DNA from: Pyrinomonadaceae bacterium
GTDB taxonomy: Bacteria; Acidobacteriota; Blastocatellia; Pyrinomonadales; Pyrinomonadaceae
DNA length: 64,000 bases
Assembly (NCBI GenBank): GCA_044228265.1
Contig: JBGAVC010000011.1
Coordinates: 816 to 64,815, forward strand
Direction: 5' to 3'
Shown one piece after another: positions 8,357 through 18,057 of the stretch. Under the pieces are notes generated by a model. It worked only from the letters and a program-made list of their open reading frames with translations, did no database searches and was not told the origin of the DNA. The first letter of the stretch is position 1. Each line of letters opens with the position of its first letter. A program made the translations under genes and the position numbers.

Positions 8357-8385
8357 AAAAAAGGACGGCCCGAAAGCCGCCCTTT
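8357..8385 (-). terminator. rho-independent terminator of the TonB-dependent receptor gene
   Basis: Minus strand: GGGCGGC-TTTCGG-GCCGTCC (7 bp, one G-U) followed by T6, about 25 nt after the stop at 8410. Confidence 0.65.
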
Positions 8386-8409
8386 GAAAATAACCAAGCC
8401 TCCGCCGCC

Positions 8410-11400
8410 TTAGAAATCGAACCGTATCCCGAGTTGGAACTCGCGGTTATAGCTCGAATTGTTGAGCGAGAACGACGGAGAGCCCGAGTAGAACTGCCTC
8501 GGTGTACTGAAATTGGTCGTCGCGGTAAAACGCGCGAGTGACGAGCTGAACGTATACTGCGTGTTATTGACCGAAATGATGTTCGAACGGTTAAAGACGT
8601 TGAACCCTTCCGCAAAGAGGGTGAATTTCACGCGTTCTCCGATCCGGATCGCTCGCCCGACACGCATGTCCAGGATATAGGCCGGGGGCGTATGGAACTG
8701 GTTTCTCGCACTACCGGGCGTACGGTCGTTCAACGTGTTCCCGTCATTATTAGGATCGCCGGAAACGGCCGCCGAATACGCGATGCCCGAGTTTGCCTGA
8801 AAGATCCAGGTGAACACGTAATCGCTCAGCAGGGCGCGGGCGACGGCATTGTCCGAGTACTTGAATTTGCCGGTATCGAAGACGGAAGCAAATACGAACC
8901 GGTGCCGCAGGTCAAGGTCCGACGTACCGTATTCGCCGGAAAGGTCGAACTGATTCTGGGCCAGCTTGCCGTCATCGGCGCCGACGACCACCGCCGTCTG
9001 ATCAGGCTTGTCGTCCTTGGCCTTGGACAGCGTGTAGCTTGCATCGAGCGACCACCTACGCGACATACGGCGGTTCAGCGAAAAGCTTAGGCCGTTATAG
9101 AGCGATCGGGCCGAGCTTTCAAAGAGCGAAATACGGTTAAACCCCGCGATCGGCCTGGCCGCGGTGAAACGCTGCACGGTAACCGTCTGGCCTGTGCTAT
9201 TGCCGGCGGCGTCAAAGATGGGATAGGTCGTCGCCGTAGGAGTCGGCAGGTTGGCATCGCGTGTACGCGACAGCTGCACACCCTTGAACAGCTCGTAGTG
9301 CACCGAAAATGTCGTATCCTTCCACAACTCGCGCTCAAACTGTATGCGTGCCTGATGTGTATAAGGCTGCTTGTAGCTCTTTGAGAAGAGATATAGGTTG
9401 ATCGGGGCGAGCGCGGAACCCGAAGGCGGCGCCGTAAATACGTTCGGGTAGATCGGACAGACGCCCACTGAGCAAGTGATGTCGATGCCGATCACCTGAA
9501 CGCCGTTATTTGAATGCGCCGTTCCGGTCATGATCGCCGGCGTACGTCCGTAATACAGGCCGTACCCGCCGCGGACCACGGTCTTTTCGTCGAAAGCGTA
9601 GACAAGGCCGATCCTCGGAGCGATGTTGTTTTTATCGGACGGACGGAAGCTCGTGTCGAAGCCAGCCGCGAGTAACGCCGGATTTGGGTTCTGCAGCGGC
9701 GGCTTGGCGATCAACTGATAGTCATAGCGTATACCAAGATTCAGAGTCAGCCGCGGGTCGACGCGCCAATCGTCCTGCAAGAAGAACCCGAACTCGTTAT
9801 TGTTCGGGTGGGTTGTCGCCCCTGTCCCTGCTCCGGCGAAGTTCTGACGGTATCGCGTAGCGAATTGTGATCCCGGCGTCGCTAACTGGTTGGACAACGC
9901 CGTGTATCCCGAGAAGGAGTATGAACCGCTAAAGAGGCCCGGAAAGAAATTGAAGATGCGGTCAAAGAGGAGATCGGCCCCGTATTTCAATGTGTGCGGC
10001 CCCACAATATAGGTCTGGCTGTCTATGATCTGGTTGCGGTTAATGGTCGTCTCACGAGGGCTGAAATTATTACGGCCGATGTTGAACGTTCCGTCCGAAA
10101 TGCCGCCCGCGCTGGCCGTAAAGGTGGCTTCGGGAGACGACGAATTCGCCAGGCCCGGCTCCTTGTCGCGTGAGAATTGATACCGAAACTCGTTGAACCA
10201 CCTCGCGGACAGTGACCGCGTCCAGGAACCCGTTATGGTGACGGTCTTAACGTTGCTGTTGCCGGTGTGCTCGAGGGCGCTGAGATTGCCGCCGCTCTCG
10301 AGGTTGGTGCCCTTGAAGTTCTGATAATTTAGACGGATCCATGCCTGGTCTTTGGGATCGATATTGAGATCGACCTTGCCGAGGAAAGTGTCCTGTACGC
10401 GGTCGAGCTGATAGGAAGCGACCTTGGGACCCAAAAATGCCTGAACGTTTGCCGGCGCGAACGGCAGCGAATTAAGAAAAACGGGATTGGGCAGGCCGGA
10501 CCGCTGGCCTTCGTACGCCGCGAAGAAGAATGCCTTGTCACGCTTTAGCGGGCCGCCAAATGTCGCGCCAAACTGATTGATCTTTCCCTTGGGCCGCGAC
10601 CGGTTGGCGGCGGCGAGATTTGGATTGCGGGCATTAAGCTGATCGCCGCGAAAATACTCGAAAGCGCTGGCCGAAAATCTGTTCGTGCCCGATTTGGTAA
10701 CGACGTTTATGACCGCACCGGCGGCACGTCCGAATTCGGCCGAGAAACCACTCTGATTGACCTGAAACTCCTTGACGGTGTCGATCGAGAACTGCGACGG
10801 AGCTCGGCCCGAGCCGATGCGGCCCGACGACTGGCCGAAAAACGTATTGTCGCTGCTTGCACCGTCGATCTGGACGCTGTTAAGAGTTCCTTTCTGACCA
10901 CCCACCGCAAGGTCGCCAGCGCGAGTCGGGTCGCGAACAATGCCCGGTGTAAGTGTGGCAAAATCGAGGAAATTGCGGCCGTTGGTAGGCAGATTGCCCA
11001 CGCGCTGCTCGTCAACTGTCGTCGATATCGACGACCGTGTGGTTTCGATCGCCGCGGCCCCGGCGCTGACGTCGACGATGACGGTCGCACCGCCTGCTTT
11101 CAAGGCGATGTCGAGCGGCGTTTTAGCGCCTACGGTGACCTTGACGTTCTGGTAAGTCGTTGCGGCGAACCCCTTGGACGCGCCGGTCGTAACGTTATAA
11201 TTGCCGGGCGGCAGCAGCACCATAATGTATCCGCCGTCGCTATCGCTGACCACCGTCTTGGCAAATCCGGTGTCCTGATTAGTTGCCGTTACCGATACGC
11301 CAGGCACTACGGCGCCGTTCTGGTCAGTGATCCGGCCTTCGATATTGCCGGTCGTCGATTGCGACTGCGCTAATGCAGCAACTGCAAGAACGAGGCTTGC

Positions 11401-11427
11401 CGCGATCGAGAACATAAGTTTTCGCAT
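8410..11427 (-). CDS. TonB-dependent outer-membrane receptor with N-terminal carboxypeptidase-regulatory-like domain
   Basis: 1005 aa. Signal peptide (ALAQSQS), CarboxypepD_reg-like segment GRITDQNGAVVPGVSVTATN, a plug region, and a long barrel ending in an aromatic residue (...QLGIRFDF). Confidence 0.9.
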   Translation of the reverse strand: MRKLMFSIAASLVLAVAALAQSQSTTGNIEGRITDQNGAVVPGVSVTATNQDTGFAKTVVSDSDGGYIMVLLPPGNYNVTTGASKGFAATTYQNVKVTVGAKTPLDIALKAGGATVIVDVSAGAAAIETTRSSISTTVDEQRVGNLPTNGRNFLDFATLTPGIVRDPTRAGDLAVGGQKGTLNSVQIDGASSDNTFFGQSSGRIGSGRAPSQFSIDTVKEFQVNQSGFSAEFGRAAGAVINVVTKSGTNRFSASAFEYFRGDQLNARNPNLAAANRSRPKGKINQFGATFGGPLKRDKAFFFAAYEGQRSGLPNPVFLNSLPFAPANVQAFLGPKVASYQLDRVQDTFLGKVDLNIDPKDQAWIRLNYQNFKGTNLESGGNLSALEHTGNSNVKTVTITGSWTRSLSARWFNEFRYQFSRDKEPGLANSSSPEATFTASAGGISDGTFNIGRNNFSPRETTINRNQIIDSQTYIVGPHTLKYGADLLFDRIFNFFPGLFSGSYSFSGYTALSNQLATPGSQFATRYRQNFAGAGTGATTHPNNNEFGFFLQDDWRVDPRLTLNLGIRYDYQLIAKPPLQNPNPALLAAGFDTSFRPSDKNNIAPRIGLVYAFDEKTVVRGGYGLYYGRTPAIMTGTAHSNNGVQVIGIDITCSVGVCPIYPNVFTAPPSGSALAPINLYLFSKSYKQPYTHQARIQFERELWKDTTFSVHYELFKGVQLSRTRDANLPTPTATTYPIFDAAGNSTGQTVTVQRFTAARPIAGFNRISLFESSARSLYNGLSFSLNRRMSRRWSLDASYTLSKAKDDKPDQTAVVVGADDGKLAQNQFDLSGEYGTSDLDLRHRFVFASVFDTGKFKYSDNAVARALLSDYVFTWIFQANSGIAYSAAVSGDPNNDGNTLNDRTPGSARNQFHTPPAYILDMRVGRAIRIGERVKFTLFAEGFNVFNRSNIISVNNTQYTFSSSLARFTATTNFSTPRQFYSGSPSFSLNNSSYNREFQLGIRFDF

Positions 11428-11754
11428 AGATAATCTCCTGTTTGTCGAGAGAAGTCGTGTTAGGCTCAGTGCGGCGTGGCCGCCTGCTCAAATCCCCAGT
11501 GAATACCAGATTTCAGAATGATATTTTATCTTCCCCGGAGCTTCAAGGAAGGAGTCGCAGAAATGCGCCTTGGGTCCGAATCAGGCCTCGCCTTCTTCCC
11601 AATGCTCGCCATCGACGTAGACTTCTTTTTTCCAGATTGGGACCACGCTTTTGAGTTCCATGATGAGCCACTAAGGAACGGGGTCAGGACCTGTCGTATT
11701 GATCGGCTTTTTAGGCGAATTAATTCCGCGTGTACAGGGCGGAAATTGGGGCCG

Positions 11755-11787
11755 AAAAAAATCGGGGCCGGAATACGTTCCGGCCCC
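11755..11787 (-). terminator. rho-independent terminator of the PEGA-domain gene
   Basis: Perfect 10-bp stem GGGGCCGGAA-CGTA-TTCCGGCCCC on the minus strand, followed by GATTTTTTT. The duplicated copy at 7814-7837 has the T-run disrupted (GATCTTCTTC). Confidence 0.8.
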
Positions 11788-11941
11788 GCTTGAATGTACT
11801 AACTGAATGACGCTGAGCTATCGCATCACAGGCAATTTGGCTCCCGGGGGAACGACCCATACCTGGTATGTCGTACGTGCTCTGCTGCCGCCCTTGATCA
11901 CGTCGATCCGACTGGGATCGAGATGAAGGTCTTTGACCAGA
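11761..11941. repeat. resident copy of the 181-bp direct repeat (3' end of the PEGA gene plus terminator)
   Basis: See 7812-7992. This copy is continuous with the full-length ORF. Confidence 0.9.
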
Positions 11942-12771
11942 TAATCGAGCATGTTCTTGGACGCTCGTTCATATGTGTTCTTGGTCGTACTCAGCTTGTC
12001 CGTGCCGGGATAGATGAAGACGTAGAACCTCGCGTTCGGCGTGTTCTTTACTTGGATGGCACAGTTATCGAATCGCGCCTTGTCCTGGTCTCGGTTCTTA
12101 GCCTCAAACTCGTCGCAGATGTAGGATGTCGGCTCGACGATCTTGATCTTATCCACGTCGGTCGGAACAGAGATGAGCTGGCGGCATTTATTGTCGTAAA
12201 CGTCGTCGTTCACATCGAGTTCGGCATTGATAGTGCGGCCGCCCATTCCAGTGGAATCGATCGTGATGGTCGGGGTACCGAGGCCGCTAACGACCTTGAG
12301 GTTGTCGGGCGTGACTCGCCAATCATACCGGATCGGCACCGGGGCCGTACCCGAATTGATCGCAGCGAAAATGACCAGGTCCCCTTCCTTGACCCTGCCT
12401 GGCCCGTCGAGATGGAAATTGTACGGACAAGGACGTTTGGTGACTATCGTGTCCGTTCTCAGGCAAAGGCACGTCTTCGAGTCCTTCCTGATCTCGATCT
12501 CCTTCTTAAAGACTGCGCCGTTCGGCCCCTCGACGACGACTGTGTGCATGCCCGGCGTAAGGTAAAATTCGGCCGGCGTGCCGACGCCGCTGACGCCGCG
12601 GACTACGCCATCGATCCTGACCGGATAAGACTTCTCCGTGGTTCGAACGGTAAGCGTCCCCGTATTTTTCGGGCGTTTGTTATCGTCGCCGCCCGCCGCA
12701 AGAGCGTTGGAGACGCCGAGAATGATGATCAGCCCGATCAGGAAAAGGATCTTCGATCTGTTTGCACGCAT
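11818..12771 (-). CDS. membrane-anchored/secreted PEGA-domain protein
   Basis: 317 aa from ATG 12771 (the track ORF extends 15 codons upstream). N-terminal anchor MRANRSKILFLIGLIIILGV and a PEGA-like segment YPVRIDGVVRGVSGVGTPAEFYLTPGMHTVVVEG. Confidence 0.65.
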   Translation of the reverse strand: MRANRSKILFLIGLIIILGVSNALAAGGDDNKRPKNTGTLTVRTTEKSYPVRIDGVVRGVSGVGTPAEFYLTPGMHTVVVEGPNGAVFKKEIEIRKDSKTCLCLRTDTIVTKRPCPYNFHLDGPGRVKEGDLVIFAAINSGTAPVPIRYDWRVTPDNLKVVSGLGTPTITIDSTGMGGRTINAELDVNDDVYDNKCRQLISVPTDVDKIKIVEPTSYICDEFEAKNRDQDKARFDNCAIQVKNTPNARFYVFIYPGTDKLSTTKNTYERASKNMLDYLVKDLHLDPSRIDVIKGGSRARTTYQVWVVPPGAKLPVMR

Positions 12772-12887
12772 TATAGGTTTCCTCTCAAATGTGGCAGAAT
12801 CTGCCGATTCCCGCAACTTCTGTCCACCAAGTCCGCTTTGGATCTAACGCAGGTCGTGGATAGACCGCCGCAGAACCACTTCAAATC

Positions 12888-13532
12888 CTATTCTCGCTCG
12901 TCCTCATTCTCCTCGGCTGCTTTCCCAGACGAACGAAGCCTGCGTCGTGCAGCCAGGCCGATCGATGCGAGTCCAGTGCCGAACAACAAGATCGTGATCG
13001 GCTCCGGCACCGTCTGAGGCGGCGTGGGCGTCGGCGTCATCGGCGGAGTCGGCGTCGGCGTCGGCGTCACGGTCGGCGTGACCGTCGGAGTCGGCGTCAT
13101 CGGCGTCGGCGTCGGAGTGGTCGGCGTCGGGGTCGGCGTATCCTTGTGACGTTTGATGATGATCAATGCGATCGGAATAGCCGCCAGTCCCAGCAACGCC
13201 CACTTGGGAAAGCGTCCGGGTAGCGGCTCGACACAATCGCACACGTCGTCTTCGACGATGTCCGTGCGGGTCTCGGTGATCACGCGGCCGTCTTGCTGCG
13301 GTCCGTCTTTTTTCTTCTTATCGTCATCGTCGTCGCCGACGATAAAACCCTGATAGTAATCAGCGACTCTCAAACGGGCAAAATTACTGCTCGAAGCCTG
13401 GCCGGGCCGAGCGTTCATGATCTGAACGACCTGATCGAATCGTACGGGCGCAGCCTGAACCTTAGTGAACGCCGCCATTATCGACAGCAGGCAAATCCCT
13501 GACAAGGCTATTCTGAGATTGATATTCTTCAT
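12888..13532 (-). CDS. PEP-CTERM sorting-signal protein with (Thr-Pro)n linker
   Basis: 214 aa from ATG 13532 (signal peptide MKNINLRIALSGICLLSIMAAFTKVQA). C-terminal VPEP-ITILLFGTGLASIGLAA-RRRLR matches the PEP-CTERM architecture. About 45 aa of TPTPTP repeats are encoded by (GTCGGC)n on the plus strand. Confidence 0.75.
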   Translation of the reverse strand: MKNINLRIALSGICLLSIMAAFTKVQAAPVRFDQVVQIMNARPGQASSSNFARLRVADYYQGFIVGDDDDDKKKKDGPQQDGRVITETRTDIVEDDVCDCVEPLPGRFPKWALLGLAAIPIALIIIKRHKDTPTPTPTTPTPTPMTPTPTVTPTVTPTPTPTPPMTPTPTPPQTVPEPITILLFGTGLASIGLAARRRLRSSGKAAEENEDERE

Positions 13533-13800
13533 TTTTGTAACCCGGCCTAAATTTATCGGTCTCGCGACAGAAGTAACACGATCACAGAACTGTGGCACTC
13601 TCGCCTTATCCTGGGAAAGCTGGACGGCGTCAAACTTTCGTTCGAGCGAAGCGGGCAAGCGCTTTGCTCTGGGACCATCCAACGGCTCGAGTTTCCTAAA
13701 ACGGATCGTTTATTAAACCCAGGCGAATATAGGTGTAATTGGCCGCGGATTCCACAATTCGCCACGATCCATCGGGCAACCCGCCGGCTCCCAAATGCGA

Positions 13801-13871
13801 AGACCGGCTACCACTAGAAAGTGATAACCGGTCTATATTTCCGAATTCGAACGCCATCCGCTCGAGCGGAT
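13801..13871 (-). terminator. two stem-loops downstream of pnp (candidate terminator region)
   Basis: A 16-nt perfect palindrome ATCCGCTCGAGCGGAT (13856-13871) lies 5 nt after the stop. A second hairpin AGACCGG...CCGGTCT (13801-13834) follows. The T-tracts are weak. Confidence 0.3.
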
Positions 13872-13876
13872 TTGGA

Positions 13877-16003
13877 CTATTCGCTGTCGCGTGCGGCCTT
13901 TGCCTTTTCCTCGGCAAGAATAGCCTTGCGTGAGAGCTTGATCTTGTTGCCTTCTTTGCCGATGCACTTGACCAGGATCTGCTGGCCTTCCTTGAGTTCG
14001 TCCCGCACGTCGCGTACACGGCGGTCCGAGATCTCAGAGATGTGCAGCAGACCGTCCAGTCCGGGCATGATCTCGACGAACGCACCGAAATCGACGATCC
14101 GCGAAACGGTTCCCATGTACGTCTCGCCGATCTCGGCCTCGGCCGTGAGCGCCTTGATCCGGGCGATCGCCATCTGTGCTGCTTCCCCGTCGGCAGTCGC
14201 TATCATGACTGTACCGTCGTCCTCGATGTCGATCTTGGCACCCGTCTCTTCGGTGATCGAACGGATGACCGATCCGCCCTTACCGATGACGTCGCGGATC
14301 TTGTCCGGATGGATGTGGATGGTGATGATCCGCGGTGCATACTCCGATAATTCAGGACGCGGCTCGGCAAGGGCCTTGGCCATGATGTCAAGGATGTGGA
14401 GACGGCCCTTTTTAGCCTGTTCCAGAGCTTCCTGCAGGATCATGGCGTTGATGCCGCCGATCTTGATGTCCATCTGGAGTGCAGTGATGCCGTCCGCCGT
14501 ACCGGTTACCTTAAAGTCCATATCGCCGTAATGGTCCTCGGCACCGGCGATATCCGAAAGGATAGCGTAGCGGTTGCCCTCCATCACGAGGCCCATCGCA
14601 ACACCTGCGACCGGCTTCTTGATCGGGACGCCCGCATCCATGAGGCTGAGAATGCCGCCGCAGACCGAGGCCATCGAAGACGACCCGTTCGACTCGGTGA
14701 TGTCCGAGACGATCCGGATCGTGTACGGAAAGTCCGCGTCGTCCGGCAGCACCGACTGGATCGCACGGCGGGCAAGGTTCCCATGACCCGTTTCGCGTCG
14801 TGACGTGCTGCCAAAACGGCCAGTCTCGCCAACTGAATACGGTGGAAAATTGTAGTGGAGCATGAACCGGCGTTTGACCTCGCCTTTTTCGATGTCATCC
14901 ATGTACTGCTCGTCCATTTTCGTGCCTAGCGTCGTCGTGACAATGGCCTGTGTTTCACCACGGGTAAACAGCGACGAGCCGTGCACCCGCGGCAGCCAGC
15001 CTACCTCGCACGATATCGGACGGATCTCTGAGAATTTGCGCCCGTCCGGCCGTCGGCGGTTGCCGAGGATGTCTTCTCGAAAGATCTTCTCCTTCAGGTG
15101 GCCGAACACCTTTCCCGCCATAGCCCTCGTTTCGTGCTGGTCCTCGGGATAGCTTTCCACGACCTCCTTCTTGAGGGCGTCGATCCCGGCGTAAACCTCG
15201 ATCTTTTCGCGGCCGGTCGAGTCGAGAGCCGCCCGAAGTTTGTCGGCATAGTTTGCCTCGATCTCACTGACGATCTTTTCGTCCAGCGGAGCGACGTGAA
15301 ATTCACGCTTGGTAATTTCGAGGGCCTTGCCAAGCTCCTTCTGCCATAGGCAAAGCCGCTTGATCTCACGGTGTGCAAGCATCAAAGCCTCGACCATGAT
15401 CGACTCAGCGACCTCCTGGGCTTCACACTCGACCATGCAGATCGCTTCTTCCGTTCCGGCGACGATGAGATTGAGCTCCGAATCGCGCCTCTCGTCATAT
15501 GTCGGATTGATCAGGTACTTTCCATCGATCAAGCCGACTCGCACTCCGGCGATCGGGTTGTTGAACGGGATGTCCGACAAGTACAGAGCGCACGACGCTC
15601 CCGTGATCGCTACCACGTCCGGGTCATTATCGGCATCCGCCGAGATGACCGAAGCGACGATCTGAGTCTCATAGCGGTAGCCTTCGGCGAACAATGGACG
15701 GACCGGACGGTCGATAAGCCGGCAGGTCAACACCTCTTTTTCGTTCGGCCGGCCTTCGCGGCGAAAATAGTTACCGGGAATGCGCCCGGCGGAGAACGTG
15801 TTCTCACGATATTCCACCGTCAGTGGAAAGAAATCGAGGCCCTCGCGTGCCGTCCGGGCACTGACTGCGGCAACCAGCAACATCGTGTCGCCATAACGAA
15901 TGATGACCGAACCATCGGCCTGTTTTGCGACCTTCCCGGTTTCGACGATTAGGTCGTTACCACCGAGCTTGATCGACTCTTTCAAATACTTCTTCTTTGA
16001 CAT
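13877..16003 (-). CDS. pnp: polyribonucleotide nucleotidyltransferase (PNPase)
   Basis: 708 aa. Duplicated RNase PH domains, KH (GKGGSVIRSITEETG) and S1 (GTVSRIVDFGAFVEI) domains. It sits downstream of rpsO as in the canonical unit. Confidence 0.97.
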   Translation of the reverse strand: MSKKKYLKESIKLGGNDLIVETGKVAKQADGSVIIRYGDTMLLVAAVSARTAREGLDFFPLTVEYRENTFSAGRIPGNYFRREGRPNEKEVLTCRLIDRPVRPLFAEGYRYETQIVASVISADADNDPDVVAITGASCALYLSDIPFNNPIAGVRVGLIDGKYLINPTYDERRDSELNLIVAGTEEAICMVECEAQEVAESIMVEALMLAHREIKRLCLWQKELGKALEITKREFHVAPLDEKIVSEIEANYADKLRAALDSTGREKIEVYAGIDALKKEVVESYPEDQHETRAMAGKVFGHLKEKIFREDILGNRRRPDGRKFSEIRPISCEVGWLPRVHGSSLFTRGETQAIVTTTLGTKMDEQYMDDIEKGEVKRRFMLHYNFPPYSVGETGRFGSTSRRETGHGNLARRAIQSVLPDDADFPYTIRIVSDITESNGSSSMASVCGGILSLMDAGVPIKKPVAGVAMGLVMEGNRYAILSDIAGAEDHYGDMDFKVTGTADGITALQMDIKIGGINAMILQEALEQAKKGRLHILDIMAKALAEPRPELSEYAPRIITIHIHPDKIRDVIGKGGSVIRSITEETGAKIDIEDDGTVMIATADGEAAQMAIARIKALTAEAEIGETYMGTVSRIVDFGAFVEIMPGLDGLLHISEISDRRVRDVRDELKEGQQILVKCIGKEGNKIKLSRKAILAEEKAKAARDSE

Positions 16004-16014
16004 TTATCTTCCTC

Positions 16015-16062
16015 AAAAAACAGAGACGAAAGGAGCTATGTCGTGAAGCCCTTTCGTCTCTG
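16015..16062 (-). promoter_or_regulatory. pnp leader hairpin: perfect 13-bp stem plus U6 immediately 5' of the pnp Shine-Dalgarno
   Basis: Minus strand: CAGAGACGAAAGG-(16 nt)-CCTTTCGTCTCTG-TTTTTT-GAGGAAGATAA-ATG. Confidence 0.7.
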
Positions 16063-16283
16063 AACTACTCTCTATTGACGACGATCCCGTTTGTCCGAGC
16101 GGCAAAATAAGCTGTCACGTTCAGCAACCTCCGGCAAACCCTTCGAAGGGATCTATATCTACTAACGGCTCGAAGAAGCCTTGTTTAATGTGAAAGGGCG
16201 GAAAAGCACAAATGCGGAAACGTAGGTTGGAACTCGATCTTATGACTCTTACACCGTTCCAGCTTTTTCACTCTTTCCCTTTC

Positions 16284-16553
16284 TTATCGACGCAGGCCAA
16301 GTTTCTTGATTATCTCGTGATACTCACCAATATTGCGGCGCTTGAGATAATCAAGCAGTTTCCTGCGTCGTGAGACCATCTGCAGCAACCCGCGGCGCGA
16401 GTTATTGTCCTTTTTGTGCACCTTAAAATGCTCGGTCAATTCGTTAATACGCTGCGTTAACAACGCGATCTGCACCTGCGACGAACCCGTATCCGACGTG
16501 TGTGTTTTGTAATCTCCGACTATCTTTTCTTTAACTTCTTTCAGCGTTGACAT
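16284..16553 (-). CDS. rpsO: 30S ribosomal protein S15
   Basis: 89 aa from ATG 16553: [49 protein letters not shown]... The track ORF's 30-codon N-terminal extension is rejected. Confidence 0.95.
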   Translation of the reverse strand: MSTLKEVKEKIVGDYKTHTSDTGSSQVQIALLTQRINELTEHFKVHKKDNNSRRGLLQMVSRRRKLLDYLKRRNIGEYHEIIKKLGLRR

Positions 16554-16651
16554 AAAATATGCTGCAAACAGCCTCTCCTTTGGCTCGCAGTAACTCCGCA
16601 CGTCGTGCGGTAACCGCAAAGATTTAGTTTCCAAAAATAACAATTATCGTT

Positions 16652-16695
16652 AATTGTCCCTATAAAGCTAACATATCCATACAATAAGGACAATT
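16652..16695 (-). promoter_or_regulatory. AT-rich spacer with 8-bp inverted repeat abutting the accC stop; candidate accC terminator / rpsO promoter-operator
   Basis: AATTGTCC (16652-59) and GGACAATT (16688-95). On the minus strand there is a possible -35 TTGTCC, a 17-nt spacer and a -10 TAGCTT. A second weak hairpin ACAATT-AACGAT-AATTGT is followed by TATTTTT. Confidence 0.3.
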
Positions 16696-18045
16696 TCAGA
16701 TCTCGTACTTGAACTCTTCCATGAACTTCGTTGAAAAATCGCCGGCCCGGAACTTTTCGTCGGCCATAATTTTTTGATGAAGCGGGATGGTGGTCTTTAT
16801 ACCCTCTATGACCATCATCTCCAAAGCCCGCTGCATACGCGCGATAGCGAGTTCGCGAGTACGGGCGTGAACGATCAGCTTTGCGATCATCGAATCATAG
16901 TATGGGGGAACCACATATCCCGGATAAACGGCGGTGTCCACACGGACTCCGGGTCCGCCCGGAATGTTGAATGCAGTGATCCTTCCCGGGCTCGGCGTGA
17001 ACTTGACCGGATCCTCAGCATTTATACGACACTCGATCGAATGGCCGGATATTATGACCTCGTCCTGTGTGTAGCCGATGTTCTCGCCGGTCGCGATGCG
17101 AATCTGATTGCGAACTATATCCGCCAGCGTGACCATCTCTGTCACAGGATGCTCCACCTGGATGCGCGTGTTCATCTCCATGAAGTAGAACCGCTGGTCC
17201 TCATCCAATAGAAACTCAAACGTCCCGGCGCTCGAGTACCCGATCTTCTTGCACGCCTTTACGGCAACCGCTCCCATCTTATCGCGCAGCTTCTTGCTGA
17301 TAACCGGCGACGGGGCCTCTTCAAGAAGTTTCTGATGACGGCGCTGAATGGTGCATTCGCGTTCGCCCAGGTGAATGACATGGCCGTGCTCATCGCCGAG
17401 CACCTGTATCTCGATATGCCTGGGACGTTCGATATAGCGTTCGATATAGACCGAGCCATTCTTGAACGCCGCCAGAGCCTCCGACTGCGCCGTTTCGAGC
17501 TGGCCGACCAACTCACTTTCTTTGCGGACTATGCGCATTCCACGGCCGCCGCCTCCGGCCGCCGCCTTTATGATGATGGGAAATCCGATCTCCAGGGCCA
17601 ACCGGCGAGCTTCATCCGCCGATTCGATGGGGTCCGGACTGCCGGGAAGGATCGGCACCCCTGCGGCGGTCATCGTCCGCCGCGCCTCGACCTTGTCGCC
17701 CATCATTGCTATTACGTCAGCCCGGGGACCGATGAATTTTATGTTGCAATCTTCGCAGATCTTGGCAAACGTCGCCGATTCTGCCAGAAAACCGTAACCC
17801 GGATGGATCGCATCGACATTGGTGATCTCGGCCGCGCTTATGATCGAAGGAATATTTAGATAGCTCTCAGCCGACGGAGGAGGGCCGATACAAACGGCTT
17901 CGTCGGCAAACCGGACGTGAAGAGCCTCGCGGTCAGCTTCAGAGTGGACGGCAACGGTCTTGATGCCCATCTCGTTACACGTCCAGATGATGCGGCACGC
18001 GATCTCGCCGCGATTGGCGATCAGAACTTTTTTGATCTCTCTCAC
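16696..18045 (-). CDS. accC: acetyl-CoA carboxylase, biotin carboxylase subunit
   Basis: 449 aa. (M)[20 protein letters not shown]-grasp motif [25 protein letters not shown] start. Confidence 0.97.
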   Translation of the reverse strand: MREIKKVLIANRGEIACRIIWTCNEMGIKTVAVHSEADREALHVRFADEAVCIGPPPSAESYLNIPSIISAAEITNVDAIHPGYGFLAESATFAKICEDCNIKFIGPRADVIAMMGDKVEARRTMTAAGVPILPGSPDPIESADEARRLALEIGFPIIIKAAAGGGGRGMRIVRKESELVGQLETAQSEALAAFKNGSVYIERYIERPRHIEIQVLGDEHGHVIHLGERECTIQRRHQKLLEEAPSPVISKKLRDKMGAVAVKACKKIGYSSAGTFEFLLDEDQRFYFMEMNTRIQVEHPVTEMVTLADIVRNQIRIATGENIGYTQDEVIISGHSIECRINAEDPVKFTPSPGRITAFNIPGGPGVRVDTAVYPGYVVPPYYDSMIAKLIVHARTRELAIARMQRALEMMVIEGIKTTIPLHQKIMADEKFRAGDFSTKFMEEFKYEI

Positions 18046-18057
18046 AAAAAGCCTTAA

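Noticed and set aside
11923-13017. 364-aa plus-strand ORF spanning two minus-strand genes
   Set aside because: It is antisense to the PEGA and PEP-CTERM genes, Arg/Asp/Val-rich with no motifs and no RBS. This is a typical shadow frame in GC-rich coding DNA.
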